DNA from: Oculina patagonica | Taxonomy: Eukaryota | DNA: 64,000 nt | Assembly: GCF_052425735.1 (NCBI RefSeq) | Contig: NC_135770.1 | Coordinates: 18,972,001 to 19,036,000, forward strand | Direction: 5' to 3' | Shown here: positions 20,580 through 31,500 of the stretch, in pieces | How positions within the stretch are numbered: position 1 is the stretch's first letter | How the letters are laid out: every line of letters starts with the position of its first letter | The notes under the pieces: generated by a model | What the model was told of the DNA's origin: nothing | Databases searched by the model: none | Seen by the model: the letters and a program-made list of their open reading frames with translations, nothing else | Made by a program: the position numbers and the translations under genes

Positions 20580-23065
20580 AGAACAAAAAAAAACACCACT
20601 TCATTACTATTACAGTCATTGTGATGGAATACTGGCAGGTAGTTACTCTCTTCACAACATTCACTATCAGTTTCTACTGCATGATCATACAACATATGAC
20701 TTTTTAATTTCATCCAGTCTATTAACACTTGTTCACAGTCAAGGCAAATAAAAACTTGACCACATTGAAATGGGAACAATCCACTATTTTGTGACAAAGA
20801 TTCTACATTGTTATTCAGTGACTCATTAGAAGCTACAGGTGCATTCATGTCTGCAACGTTGCTTGAACTGCAGCAAGGTCTATCATTAATTGTGTCATTT
20901 TCCTTACACCCTGTAAACAAATCATTCCAATCTGGGTTAAGTTTGATGCCTTCTTGTTGATATAGTACACCATTTTCAGTCAGCCATTCAGCTGCTTCAA
21001 AAACTTTGGATGGTCTTATGTTTTGAGATAGGACGTAGTTTTTGTATTTTAATTTTCTCTTCAGTTGCACTTTGATAGTCTCTGTTTCAGACGAAAGTCT
21101 TGGTAAAATAGTTACAGTATTAACAACATCAGCAGGAACATTTACTATGTTGGCATGGATTTTGAACTGCTTTCCTCTAGCTGCTTCATGTATCTTTTGA
21201 AAGATCAACCGTGGTGATACAAGTCTCCATTCTAGTTCTGTCAAGTCTAAATGGTCAGGTTTAGATGGAAAATTCATTTTATTTTGGACTGCACATGGAG
21301 GAACTTTATTTTGCTTTAGGTGTTTATAACACGTATTACAAACCCATTGAGCTGTACAACAGTGCTCACTTATTTTTATGCATTTTAGCACAGCTTCATT
21401 ATCAAGTTTTAGTACAGTTTTAACTCTAACAACACTATGTTTGTACCATAACTGATCGCAACATGTGCAGACAAATGTTGGCCCTGTAGCAACCAGTTCA
21501 CGAAAAATGGTAACTAGCTCATCGCAAGACATTTGGTTTTGGTGACCTTTTCTTATTGTATAGGCTTCTCTCCTTTTTCTCAACCGTTCTTCTTTCTGTT
21601 GCTTTGTTTCAGTTTCTTTTGCTTTTCTTCGGGATTCTCTCTTTTTCTTTAGTCTCCTTTCTCGTTGTTCATTGCTTTCAGTTTGCTTGTTTTTCTTCAA
21701 CCTATTTTCTTTCTGCTGCTTGGTTTCAGTTTCTCTTTTTTTTCTGATAAGTTCCCGATGCTTCCTTAACCTATTCTCTCTCTGTTCTTTGCTCTCGGTT
21801 TCCTTTTTTTTAATTCTTTGTTGCCTACACTTTCTTAACCTATTCTCTCTCTGCTCCTTGGTTTCAGTTGCTTTTCTTTTTAAATACTTTTCCCTGTACT
21901 TTTGTGACATACTATCCCCTTTACTTTCAGTTTCAGTGCTAATTCTTTTGACTTTCTTTTCTCCAAATGTAAGTAGGCTTTCTATGTGTTCTTCTGATTT
22001 TTCTTGTTTTCTCTTCCTGCTATTAATGCCATCATTTTCTTGTGAGCTACTTTCTGTTTCCCATTCTAAATTGTGACATTGACTGCATGACTCCTTACAT
22101 CCTACGGTATTGTCTCGTACGGTAAATTGTTGACTGCAAGTACTTGTGAAACTTCTGTAATTATCAAGTGACAATTTTTTAACTTTAATACCCAAGACTT
22201 CATAAGGGATTACATTCTTTTCTTTGTAAAAGTGTTGAAGATACTGCACTGTTTCCTCTATACTGGTAAACTCCAACAGTATTGCTGTTCCATTTGCAGA
22301 AAGATTACCATAAATGTCTCGTGAATGGGAATCAAAAATTCTATAATGACCTTTGTTGTCAATAAAAATAGCAACTGTATTGATTTCAATAGTCAACAGA
22401 AACGCATCATAATCTTTTATTAAAATCATTAATGCATGTTGTAGTGGTACAAAATAGTCTCTAATATCAGACATGTGCAAATCACCTGCAAAGCTTTCAC
22501 TGAAATTAATGGAAAAGTTTTCATCATTAATGGACAATGCAGAAGGAATCTCAGATAACAACAGAAAGTCTTTTCTTGCTGAATTACTTAGATGAGAATA
22601 AAGTACATTGCCTTGAATCAATACTTCATTCAGCTGATCTCTAGACCACGATGCATTAATTTTATAATTGTAAACAACTGCAGTTAGGCACATCGCTACG
22701 CATTGGTTGCCAGCATTGCTTCCAAACAGTGCAACATCACCTTGATGATAGTCAGCCGTGACAGTTTTAGACGAATCTACAGCGAACAAAGGCCCAGGAT
22801 TCGTTTCCACATCATTGGCAAGTCGAATCAACAGGGGAATATAAAAACGATACAAACACATTTGGGTAAACCAAAGTCTTGCATAATAAGTCATTTGCCA
22901 CGAGCGGATTACTCTTTTTAGTGTAGGAAGATATATCGCTTCCATGTAAAACATAAACAACAGCATAGACCAGAATTTCCCTCTCATACGATTTGAATAT
23001 TCTTTGGCCTTTAAGTAAATGTTATGTAGCCCCACAACCGCTCTATATTGCATTAAAGACACCAT
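20459..23065 (-). CDS. Helentron polyprotein N-terminal part: 2A motif, herpes tegument-type (C76) cysteine protease, STPR-like repeats, DUF6570-like zinc domain, C2H2 finger
   Basis: LLIRLANDVETNPGP (aa 78-92); YHQG..F..NAGNQCVAMCL with FDSH; repeated ETKEQRENRLRK units; CTCCDQLWY..VCNTC..VP..LEWRLVSPR..NIVNVP; CLDC-x12-H-x4-H. Confidence 0.88.
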   Translation of the reverse strand: MVSLMQYRAVVGLHNIYLKAKEYSNRMRGKFWSMLLFMFYMEAIYLPTLKRVIRSWQMTYYARLWFTQMCLYRFYIPLLIRLANDVETNPGPLFAVDSSKTVTADYHQGDVALFGSNAGNQCVAMCLTAVVYNYKINASWSRDQLNEVLIQGNVLYSHLSNSARKDFLLLSEIPSALSINDENFSINFSESFAGDLHMSDIRDYFVPLQHALMILIKDYDAFLLTIEINTVAIFIDNKGHYRIFDSHSRDIYGNLSANGTAILLEFTSIEETVQYLQHFYKEKNVIPYEVLGIKVKKLSLDNYRSFTSTCSQQFTVRDNTVGCKESCSQCHNLEWETESSSQENDGINSRKRKQEKSEEHIESLLTFGEKKVKRISTETESKGDSMSQKYREKYLKRKATETKEQRENRLRKCRQQRIKKKETESKEQRENRLRKHRELIRKKRETETKQQKENRLKKNKQTESNEQRERRLKKKRESRRKAKETETKQQKEERLRKRREAYTIRKGHQNQMSCDELVTIFRELVATGPTFVCTCCDQLWYKHSVVRVKTVLKLDNEAVLKCIKISEHCCTAQWVCNTCYKHLKQNKVPPCAVQNKMNFPSKPDHLDLTELEWRLVSPRLIFQKIHEAARGKQFKIHANIVNVPADVVNTVTILPRLSSETETIKVQLKRKLKYKNYVLSQNIRPSKVFEAAEWLTENGVLYQQEGIKLNPDWNDLFTGCKENDTINDRPCCSSSNVADMNAPVASNESLNNNVESLSQNSGLFPFQCGQVFICLDCEQVLIDWMKLKSHMLYDHAVETDSECCEESNYLPVFHHNDCNSNEVVFFFVLCVVPGKKSKHFLESTWSLYMIYCHWKMTYLLNSVKQQLM
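22790..22843 (-). other. 2A-like ribosomal-skipping (StopGo) peptide
   Basis: YIPLLIRLANDVETNPG/P fits the D(V/I)ExNPGP consensus with a hydrophobic upstream tract. Confidence 0.85.
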
Positions 23066-23676
23066 GATCTACGATATCAATGCAAACAAAAACTTCAGAT
23101 GGCTCACCTTTCAATTGCAATCTTTGCAGTCTCAGCAGTTTTCACGAAGGAGATAAACTTCCTGTCTTTACTTCAAGCTCAAAGTCACTAAGGTCGCCAA
23201 TATTTCAGTTCACAGTTATTTCAATTCTGACAATTCTGACAATGCTCAAATTGCTCAACAGTGCTCAATCAGTTGAACTGACAGTAGCCTGTTCCAGGCT
23301 AAACTGACAGACAAGGGTCCTGCCAAAATACAGTAGCACTCACCAACACGTAAAAGCGTTTTAAAAACCAAATTTAATGTAGACCCTTGACCTGTCGCGT
23401 TTGCGAGTAAGTCGATTTTGTATGTATGCACGACAAGTTCTGAAAGAGTTTGTAAGTGAGTGCAAAAATATAACAACTACGTACAAGTCTAAGTCGAAGC
23501 TTCTCAATTTCACCAAACAGCAAAACCCCCACAATCAAGATGGCGGATGGCAAAGAAATGAAGGAAACAATAAATCACGTGACCCATTATGCTTAGTTCC
23601 CAGTGCTACTCGGTTGGAGTAATCTCTCCTCACACGGCCGTCCACCGGGCCATAGCATATAGGCGTCTCCGCCTAA

Positions 23677-24620
23677 AAACCGGCCACTTTAAGACTTAAC
23701 ATGAATAGCTTGGCTCGTTTTGCAAATCGCCTATCACGTGAATGCATCCTAATTTTAAACCCAATTCCAAAATATTCGAATAATAAAGTGCTCTATGATC
23801 TATACAGAAAAGGACGTTTTTCCGCCCTTTCTGTTAAAATACCGCCACGTAGATTAAAGCTTATTTTCACTCCGCATTTAGCAAAAACAGCCAGTTTGAG
23901 ACTTGGCATGTACAGTTTGGGTCTTTTTGCAAATCCGCCATTGCGTGGATTCATCCTAAGTTTCACTCCAGGTCCAAAAAACGACTAAAGAAATTGATAC
24001 ATGAGCCACTGAAAAAGTCGATATTTGGCCCTTGTGTTGAAATACCATAACGTTGATTAAAGCTTATCATCACCCCAGATCTAGCAAAAGCGGCCACTTT
24101 GAGACTTGAAATGTACATGTACAGTTTGGGTCTTTTTGCAAATACGCCATCAAGTTGATTCATCATTATATTTACTCCAAGTCCAAAAGAATGGAATAGG
24201 AGAGTGTTACACGAGCTACCGAAAATGACGATTTTTGGGCTCTTGTGGTGAAATACCATAACGTTGAATAAAGCTTATTATCACCCCAAATTTAGTAAAA
24301 CCGGCCACTTTGAGATTTGAAATGTAAAGTTTGGGTCTTTTTTGCAAATCCGCCATCACGTGGATTCATCATAATTTTCAATCCAGGTCCAAAAAAATCG
24401 ACTAAAGAAATTGCTGCATGAGCCACTGAAAATGACGATTTTGAGCCCTTGTGATGAAATACCTTAACGTTGATAAAAGCTTATTATCACCCCAGATCTA
24501 GCAAAAGTGGCCACTTTGAGACTTGAAATGTACAGTTTGGGTCTATTTGAAAATCCTAATTTTCCCTCCAAGTCCAAAAGAGTCGAATAAGAAATTGCTA
24601 CATGATCAATTGAAAATGAC
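23677..24620. repeat. ~206-bp satellite array, right part (about 4.5 units)
   Basis: The same unit resumes at aaaccggccacttt directly after the Helentron end. Confidence 0.92.
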
Positions 24621-25094
24621 TGATTGTTGAACGAACAAATTCTGCTATTTTTTGCGGTGGAGGTAAGTTTTACCAGACGCAATGTCAAAATGATCCTATT
24701 TGACCCCTGGTTTTGATATGATCAGCAAAAGCTGATGGATGATCGCATTTAGCAAGGGCCTTAAAATGTTCTGTTTTTCTGTCATGAACTCGTCATTTTG
24801 TTTTCCCTATATAAAAATCATTACAGTCACAGCAGCTAGCTTTGAAGATGACTTTTGATCCTTGAGAATCTGAATTTTTAAACCGCCTTAAAAGGCGGTC
24901 CTTGTACGGAAAGGCGGATTTGGTGCATCGTGTGTTCTGAAAAATGCTCTGGAAGAGAATAAGTTCAATTCACAGGTTTTTAGACGTTGAGTAATTTGGT
25001 TGCTGGGATGTCCTTAGAAGAGTAGCAGCATTAAGGTATTTTTTAGGGACTGTCGCAACAGGGACTGTGTATGGCTTGGTTCTGTGCCTTTGTC

Positions 25095-25195
25095 CGCCGA
25101 AGTTGCCCCGTCCCGTTAAGTCTACAGAAATTGTTGGAGTTCGCCACTAAGAAGAGCCATTTATTCTTTGATGGCAAGTACTTCAACCAAATAGT
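25095..25195 (+). mobile_element. Short Penelope-like RT relic
   Basis: LQKLLEFATKKSHLFFDGKYFNQI resembles the segment preceding the G.AMGSP motif of Penelope RTs. Confidence 0.45.
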
Positions 25196-25988
25196 AGTCA
25201 TCATAAACTTGTTGACTGTGTGGCCATCCCTCAACTCCCTCTCGATCTCCCAAGCCTCCTTTGTAGGGGGTGGAATCCAGCGCGAGAAAAGAGAGACCAG
25301 AGACAATTTTGTGTGGACATAAATGATCTTTTTGTCATTAGTCATCCTATAGAAATGGTTTGAGTGGGTGTTTACTAGTTCTAATTAAACCAGAAGTTGT
25401 GTTTTATACATCGTTGTCAGGAGCCCATGGGCTCTTGTCGTTGTATAAAGAACATCACTGAGCGAGTCAAGTAAAGCGCAACCGTCTGTTTCTTCTAGGC
25501 GCACACGAGCGTTGCTTTTCGACCAGTTCGTAGAACCTAACATAAACTGGGACGCTAATATTTTTTTTTTTCGTTTTACTCTTACTTGAATTTATTCAGG
25601 GTTATAGTCCGCTCTCTGAAACAGACAACAGATCAAAACTATATTTCCTCAGATGAATGTTGTCATTAAGCAGAAACTCCAGCGGAGCCATTGATAAACT
25701 TAAATTGGTCTCTGTATTTCGATTTACACTGAGAGTGGCTGTTTCATTATATTATCAGATGTGTCGTCGTCGGATTTTGCTCAATTAATTTTTCTAGTTA
25801 ACAGAGTAAAAATCAACCACAATCATTCATTATCTTAAAGGGATCTTACCTGCAGAGCTTTTTGCTTAAAGGGGTGAATAGTTTTTTTGGATCGACGGAT
25901 TTGGTCTTGAAAAGAACACGGATTGTGGGTTTTTGCGATACTCTTAGCGGATTTGTGGATTTCGAAACTACATCAGATTGCGTATTAA

Positions 25989-26571
25989 CCCTATTCAGAC
26001 CGGGCTTTTTTGGACCTTCTCAGACCGGGGGGGGGGGCTTCGGAAGCCCCCCTATGTAACTTCCAGAATACTTAAGCAATCACCATGAAACTTATAGGAT
26101 GTATTGTACTTCCGAAACTCTTTCTTTTGGTATACGTCACGTGGGATGGTGACGTCACATCACGTGACAATTACATCATGATGTCAAAACAACCGCCATC
26201 TTGGATCCGCCATCTTGGATTTCAAAATTTTTCCAAAATGCCAGAAAACCACCCAAAATCATTGCAAAGTACTCAAAATGAATAAAAATGTGCTTTAAAC
26301 CCGTAAAAATGTAAAAATAATGCCATTTAAGTTGATTTATATTAACAGAAACACGCAAAATTACAAATCTGGAAAAACATGCCTGTCAAAATTCCGTTGC
26401 CATGGTGATGTCAAGTTCCTGACACATCATCCAACCCTACCAATTTGTTGCTAGATAAAGTTTAGGAAAACTCAGAAAGTTTGGCAGCGTTTGGTTAAAT
26501 CTTAAAAAAGTTATAAAAGTTCAAAGTCAGCGCGGGCCTCAAAAGCCCCCCCCCCCCCGGTCTGAATAGGG
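25989..26571. mobile_element. piggyBac-like MITE, copy 1
   Basis: TTAA|CCCTATTCAGACCGGG...CCGGTCTGAATAGGG|TTAA. Confidence 0.88.
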
Positions 26572-28566
26572 TTAAGTGAAAATGTTGGCGTGGATTACGG
26601 ATTTTTCGAATCAGGAGGTTCGGATCGTGGATACTAAACGAAACGGATCACTTTTCTCAGTCTTCGTCGGTTTTCTACTTTGCTTTAAATTGGCATAAAA
26701 CCAACAACATTGTCCATTGCACTAAAACTATACCACACAAAGTTTTCAAGTAGTGCGGGTTTAAATCTGAATGAAAATTGTGGCGGATTGATCTACGTAC
26801 TCTGTTCACTCCCCCCCCCCCCCCCCCAACCCCTTTTGCTTTGGTAATTAGACAAGACCATAAGATAAAGATCAGTGTACAGCACAAGAGAAAGAGAACT
26901 TATACATTGGCACTACGAAGCCACAGTGGCTGAAAAGATTTCACCTTGTGCGTTATATTTGTTAATTAGTTTTAACCATGCCGTAAGAGTGTGCTTGATC
27001 AGACAGACGCCTTTAACACTACTGTTACTTAATTATTAATTAATCCCATTGTCCATTGAACCAAATTATTTTTGTTAGGAATTTGGAACACCGAAAAAAT
27101 GTACAAATTTTTACTTATATTTTTCAGCTGATCACCATATCATAGCATCACATTTGTCTTACTAAAAATTACTACTGTTTAATTCCTAAGATATGTCAAT
27201 TAAGTAGGGGAACGTATAGAAAAATATGTGATATACTTGGTTATGAACAAACACTCGACTCGTGCATCTTTTAAATTGCTGGCATTTTTATTCAGACGTG
27301 CTAAGTTATTTACACACAGTATGTTTCAACACCGCTTGACACTTTATATTCAATTCAATAACTTAATTCGTTTTAGAAAGTTTGAAGCTCTAACTGTTTA
27401 TCTGCCTTAAAAAACAATAAGAAAAAAGAGACAAATTTTCTGACTAATTCATTCTTTAGTGATAACGTGATGATGGCAAAAAAATTTTGTAAGTCGAAGA
27501 GATGTTTGAAAAAGGCGCGATAATTTAGCTTACAATGCAACAGAATGGACCCATAGGACGTTATTGTATGTTTACAGTTATGCATTATACATATATTTTC
27601 TTTAAGGAATGACGGACGTTGACATCAGATTCGATCCGTCACCGTGAAGCCGACAGAGCTACAAAAGGTTAATTGAACTGTGTACTGAACTGCACTCGTG
27701 CACATCACACCGGATTCTTTTAAATTAAATGTCAACCGACTTGAATATTTGTAGAACTTTCATCCTGAACTAAGAGTCGATCTCATTTTCGGTCAGTTAT
27801 AAGAATTCATTAAATTGTTAAAAAGTCCCCTTTTTGGATTTCAACAGAATAATTCATTGATCCGATGTCAGAACAAAATATTAACCTTTGCATTTAACTA
27901 ATTAGGAGCTGTAGAGTTTAATAAGTGGATCTGAAATAATCTCAACAGTATGTCCTTGCTTAGGGTAAGAGTTAAAAAAAGCCGGCAAAACAAAATCAAC
28001 CAAAACAAAACAAAACAAAACGACGAAAATAATAGATCACATAAAGATTTAAAAACAGTAACCTTGCATCACAAGTAGTTTCAAACAAATTTCTTCTTCT
28101 GCTAATTGATGTAACATAAATGTGTGAAAATTATTCGTCCTTAGAGCACTCTCTGAAGCCGGAACCAATACTCATTTTGTAAGTTAAAAACAAAGGATTG
28201 TGCTCATGACTCTAGGCCGTTTCTACAGTATGATGACACTTCACTTCTTTAGTTATTGTGAGAGTTCGATAATCTTAATTGAAAAAGTATGCTATTCGTT
28301 GTCGTTGAAAAGTAAACTCAAAAATAAATATTTCTCTCTAGACCAATAATCGCAAGGGACCATACAATCACCAATTGATAGAACTGAGGGAATTAAATGC
28401 CATTGGTTGATACAAACAAGCAACGGGAATTTATTAACAGCAGGAACTTATGACATATATAAATATTTTTCGGTTGTCAATGAAAGTTTTGCAAATCAAA
28501 AACACGGTAGGGTTTTTCACAGCCATAAATTCTGAATCCCTGCAAATGGATTTTTTAAGATCCACC

Positions 28567-31500
28567 ATGTCTTCCATTTTAATGTTGTGTGGTATGTTCT
28601 TTCTTTCGTCTGTGATACCACAGGCCGACGGTTCAGTAGGTAAGTTTCTACTAAAACGTTTAACGACATTTTATGTACGAATATTTCTTGTTTTATCTAA
28701 CCTTTTATGCTAGGAATTCAAACATATTTGAGTCATAACTTGTTTCTCACTAATGGCGACTAAAATGCCTAACCGAATTCCGAACTAGAATAGTGCTTGT
28801 TGACAAAAGTGGTCTTATTTCATTTGTTATACTTGATTATTTTGTTAAAACCTAACTAACAGTAGAGAAATAAGACAGAAGAATCAATATTTAAAATTAT
28901 AAATCAAACCAAATTTGGATTTCATCGGGGTTTAGCGAATGGAATATAAAAGACTCAAAATTTAAGGCAATATTTTTTTAGCAACTGAGCAGAATATACT
29001 TCAATAAAGGGGGAAACTTTCATGAGCCATATTACATCCATCTCAATATGCAACATAATAATAAAATATCTATGTCCCCACAACCCCGAAACTATGTTTA
29101 TATCATTGCTATAATGAGGAGCGTTTTTTATCGTCAATTATATTTATGTAGTCGTTGTTGAGCTCTCTAGTACCATTTAAGATAAAACTGGGTATGAAGT
29201 ACCTGAATCAGAAATTTCAATTCATGCATTGATTTTCTTTCTTAAATCGGGAAGAAAAATAGGTTTAGTTCCATCTCCCATTGCTCAGAGATAATTTTTA
29301 GCTGGGCAACAGAACGAAACTGTAAGTCTCTTAACAGGTGATTTCCGTTAAATAATATTCGTTTTTGCTTTTGCGCAAAGTAAAGTTCATTAGTATATAT
29401 ATGTTGCTTGTCAACCCCCATGCCATGCCATGCCATGCCATGCCATGAAATTCCATGAAATACTATGTCACGCCATGCCAGGCAAAGTAATTGAACCAAA
29501 TTTGAAACGGCATGTAATTGTTTAGCAAGCTTGGTGTTGCCAAGTCAATCGCGTTTCGACAGCCATGCTCTACCACATTTATTTGCATATTCCCATTTAC
29601 TTATCGAAATTATATTATCTCTGTATACATTATGGCTGCGTTTTCTTCATTTTTTTTTTTACCTTGTAAAGTAAAGCCGGACTCTTAAGATGGCAGATCC
29701 CAAGACAACAGCAGTTCAGAAATAATTTGATGATCCATGTTAGGATTGATGAAAGGCGGGAGACTAAACAGGGTGATTTCACTGAATAACAAGGATTGTG
29801 GACGAAATGTTTTTTTTTCCTTTTTTCTTTAGACCAGTGCCGTAATTTGGAGTTTAGAACAGCCCAAGTGTTCGAGGGTAAACGTTTGATCAACCACATG
29901 ATTCACAGCGCCGACGTCTTGGACAATGAATTTTGCGGTGCGCTTTGCTACATGGAACCCAACTGTTTCAGTTATAATTTGTTTGCGAAAGATGAAACTG
30001 AAAAACTCAAATGTGAATTGAATAATGCTACCCACGAAGGGCACGAGGAAGACCTGAACGAATATCCAAATTATATATACCGTGGAGCTAAGGTAAGTGA
30101 GAGTCAGAAAACAGGATTCATACAAAACTTTAACGTTCTCATAACGGGACACTTTAAGCGGATACTTTTTTCTGATTACAATGGTGTCCAGTCGCTTACG
30201 AGAGGCTCGACTGCACCGAAAGGGAGTCTTCGGCACAAGCAGAATTCCCAAATTCTCCCACTCATTTTGCTAAAGGTTTCCCACAATCTGCACTTATTGA
30301 CTGAGTGCGATCCGAGGGCCGGAAGGGAAAATATTTGGGTCAAGGTCTGGAATTACAGATCAAGTACAGCGTGGTCTGTGCGTCCTGACTAAAGGCAAAA
30401 CATTTTGTAGTACGACCTGACGCAACTCAGCCAATAAGCATTTTAACGGACTGTAGAATGATACTGATACTACTATAATATATGATCAAATGCTTTCAAT
30501 TTATTATCGTGGCAGAAGCGTGGCCGTAGGCTTTCCTAATAGAGCCGGAAGGCTTTTTCCGAACGACGTCAACACGTCCTGCCATACATACGTCAGTTAT
30601 ACGTCATTATGGTTTCATTTCTATTATGGTTACGTAAGCGGGGTCGTACGTACGTGTCTATATGGTAATGATTATGTGTGTGAGTTACAGTTGTTACATT
30701 GTCTTGCCCCATTAGAGGCACATGTTGCCAGGTGCATTCGTGTTAAAAAGTTTATAATCAGTTTTTGTGATCATAATCTCCCTCGCAGCCGTTTTAGTGT
30801 CGTCATGCAACGATCCTCCCCACAAACGGCTGCTCACATTCGAACAACATTTCGTTTCCATTTGTTTCTTATGTGACCAATCACAACACAGGAGATTGTA
30901 ATCAACATGTTTGTTCCCGCGAATTCGGTTGTTTCAGAGAAGAACATTCGATGCGTTCCCAAAACGTTTGCAGTGTTTTTCAACGGAACCAAAAAAAGTG
31001 GTGCAATTCCATTACAAAATATTTTTTTTTTAAACATTGTCAATGACAATGCGTTCGATATTCAACGAAATCACAGAGCATTTAGAATCATTCACGGGAC
31101 TGTTGTGCCAGCTTTAAAAATTCTCTTCAGCGTATTTTAAACCCACTTGCATCATTAATTTCGTTTTGAATTTGGAGCAGAAAATACACAGCGTATTCCT
31201 GTAATTTTGCGGCGTTGAATGAAATCATGCTCCCATGTACTTCGCACGCGCGCAACAAGTTCTGATGATAAATAAATTTTATTCCGCTGCCACAACTCTC
31301 TATAACTGGTGCCGATTAAACAATTCTGCGGTTAAGTTATCAAAAAGGGCTTCACTTCGCTGACCGTTGGAATAAAACAGCATAACAATAAAGGGCGCAA
31401 ACTTTTATCTTTAAGCTTATTTAGCAACGGTTCCGACATGCAGCGCTACATTGTCTGGCGTGTCTGCTATGTATAAATTTAATATTTTTCTGAAAAGATC

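Larger units (their letters stand above)
13586..23676 (-). mobile_element. Full-length Helentron (Helitron2-type, endonuclease-encoding rolling-circle transposon)
   Basis: Asymmetric subterminal inverted repeats 13607-13620 (taaggcggtgacgc) and 23663-23676 (12/14 match). 3' palindrome gtatgca-a-tgcatac at 13592-13606. T-rich 5' end TTTTTAGGCGG. The flanking satellite resumes in register on both sides. RepHel plus AP endonuclease ORF inside. Confidence 0.9.

Noticed and set aside
21556-22076. Hydrophobic plus-strand ORFs
   Set aside because: Antisense shadow of the K/E/R-rich STPR-like repeats.
20459-23065. Endogenous herpesvirus or other virus (tegument protease, 2A)
   Set aside because: No capsid, polymerase or other viral genes; the domains lie within clear Helentron termini.
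11960-24620. Repeat arrays flanking a nuclease/helicase gene, superficially CRISPR-like
   Set aside because: Units are contiguous ~206-bp repeats with no unique spacers; the ORF is a Helentron that interrupts the array in register.
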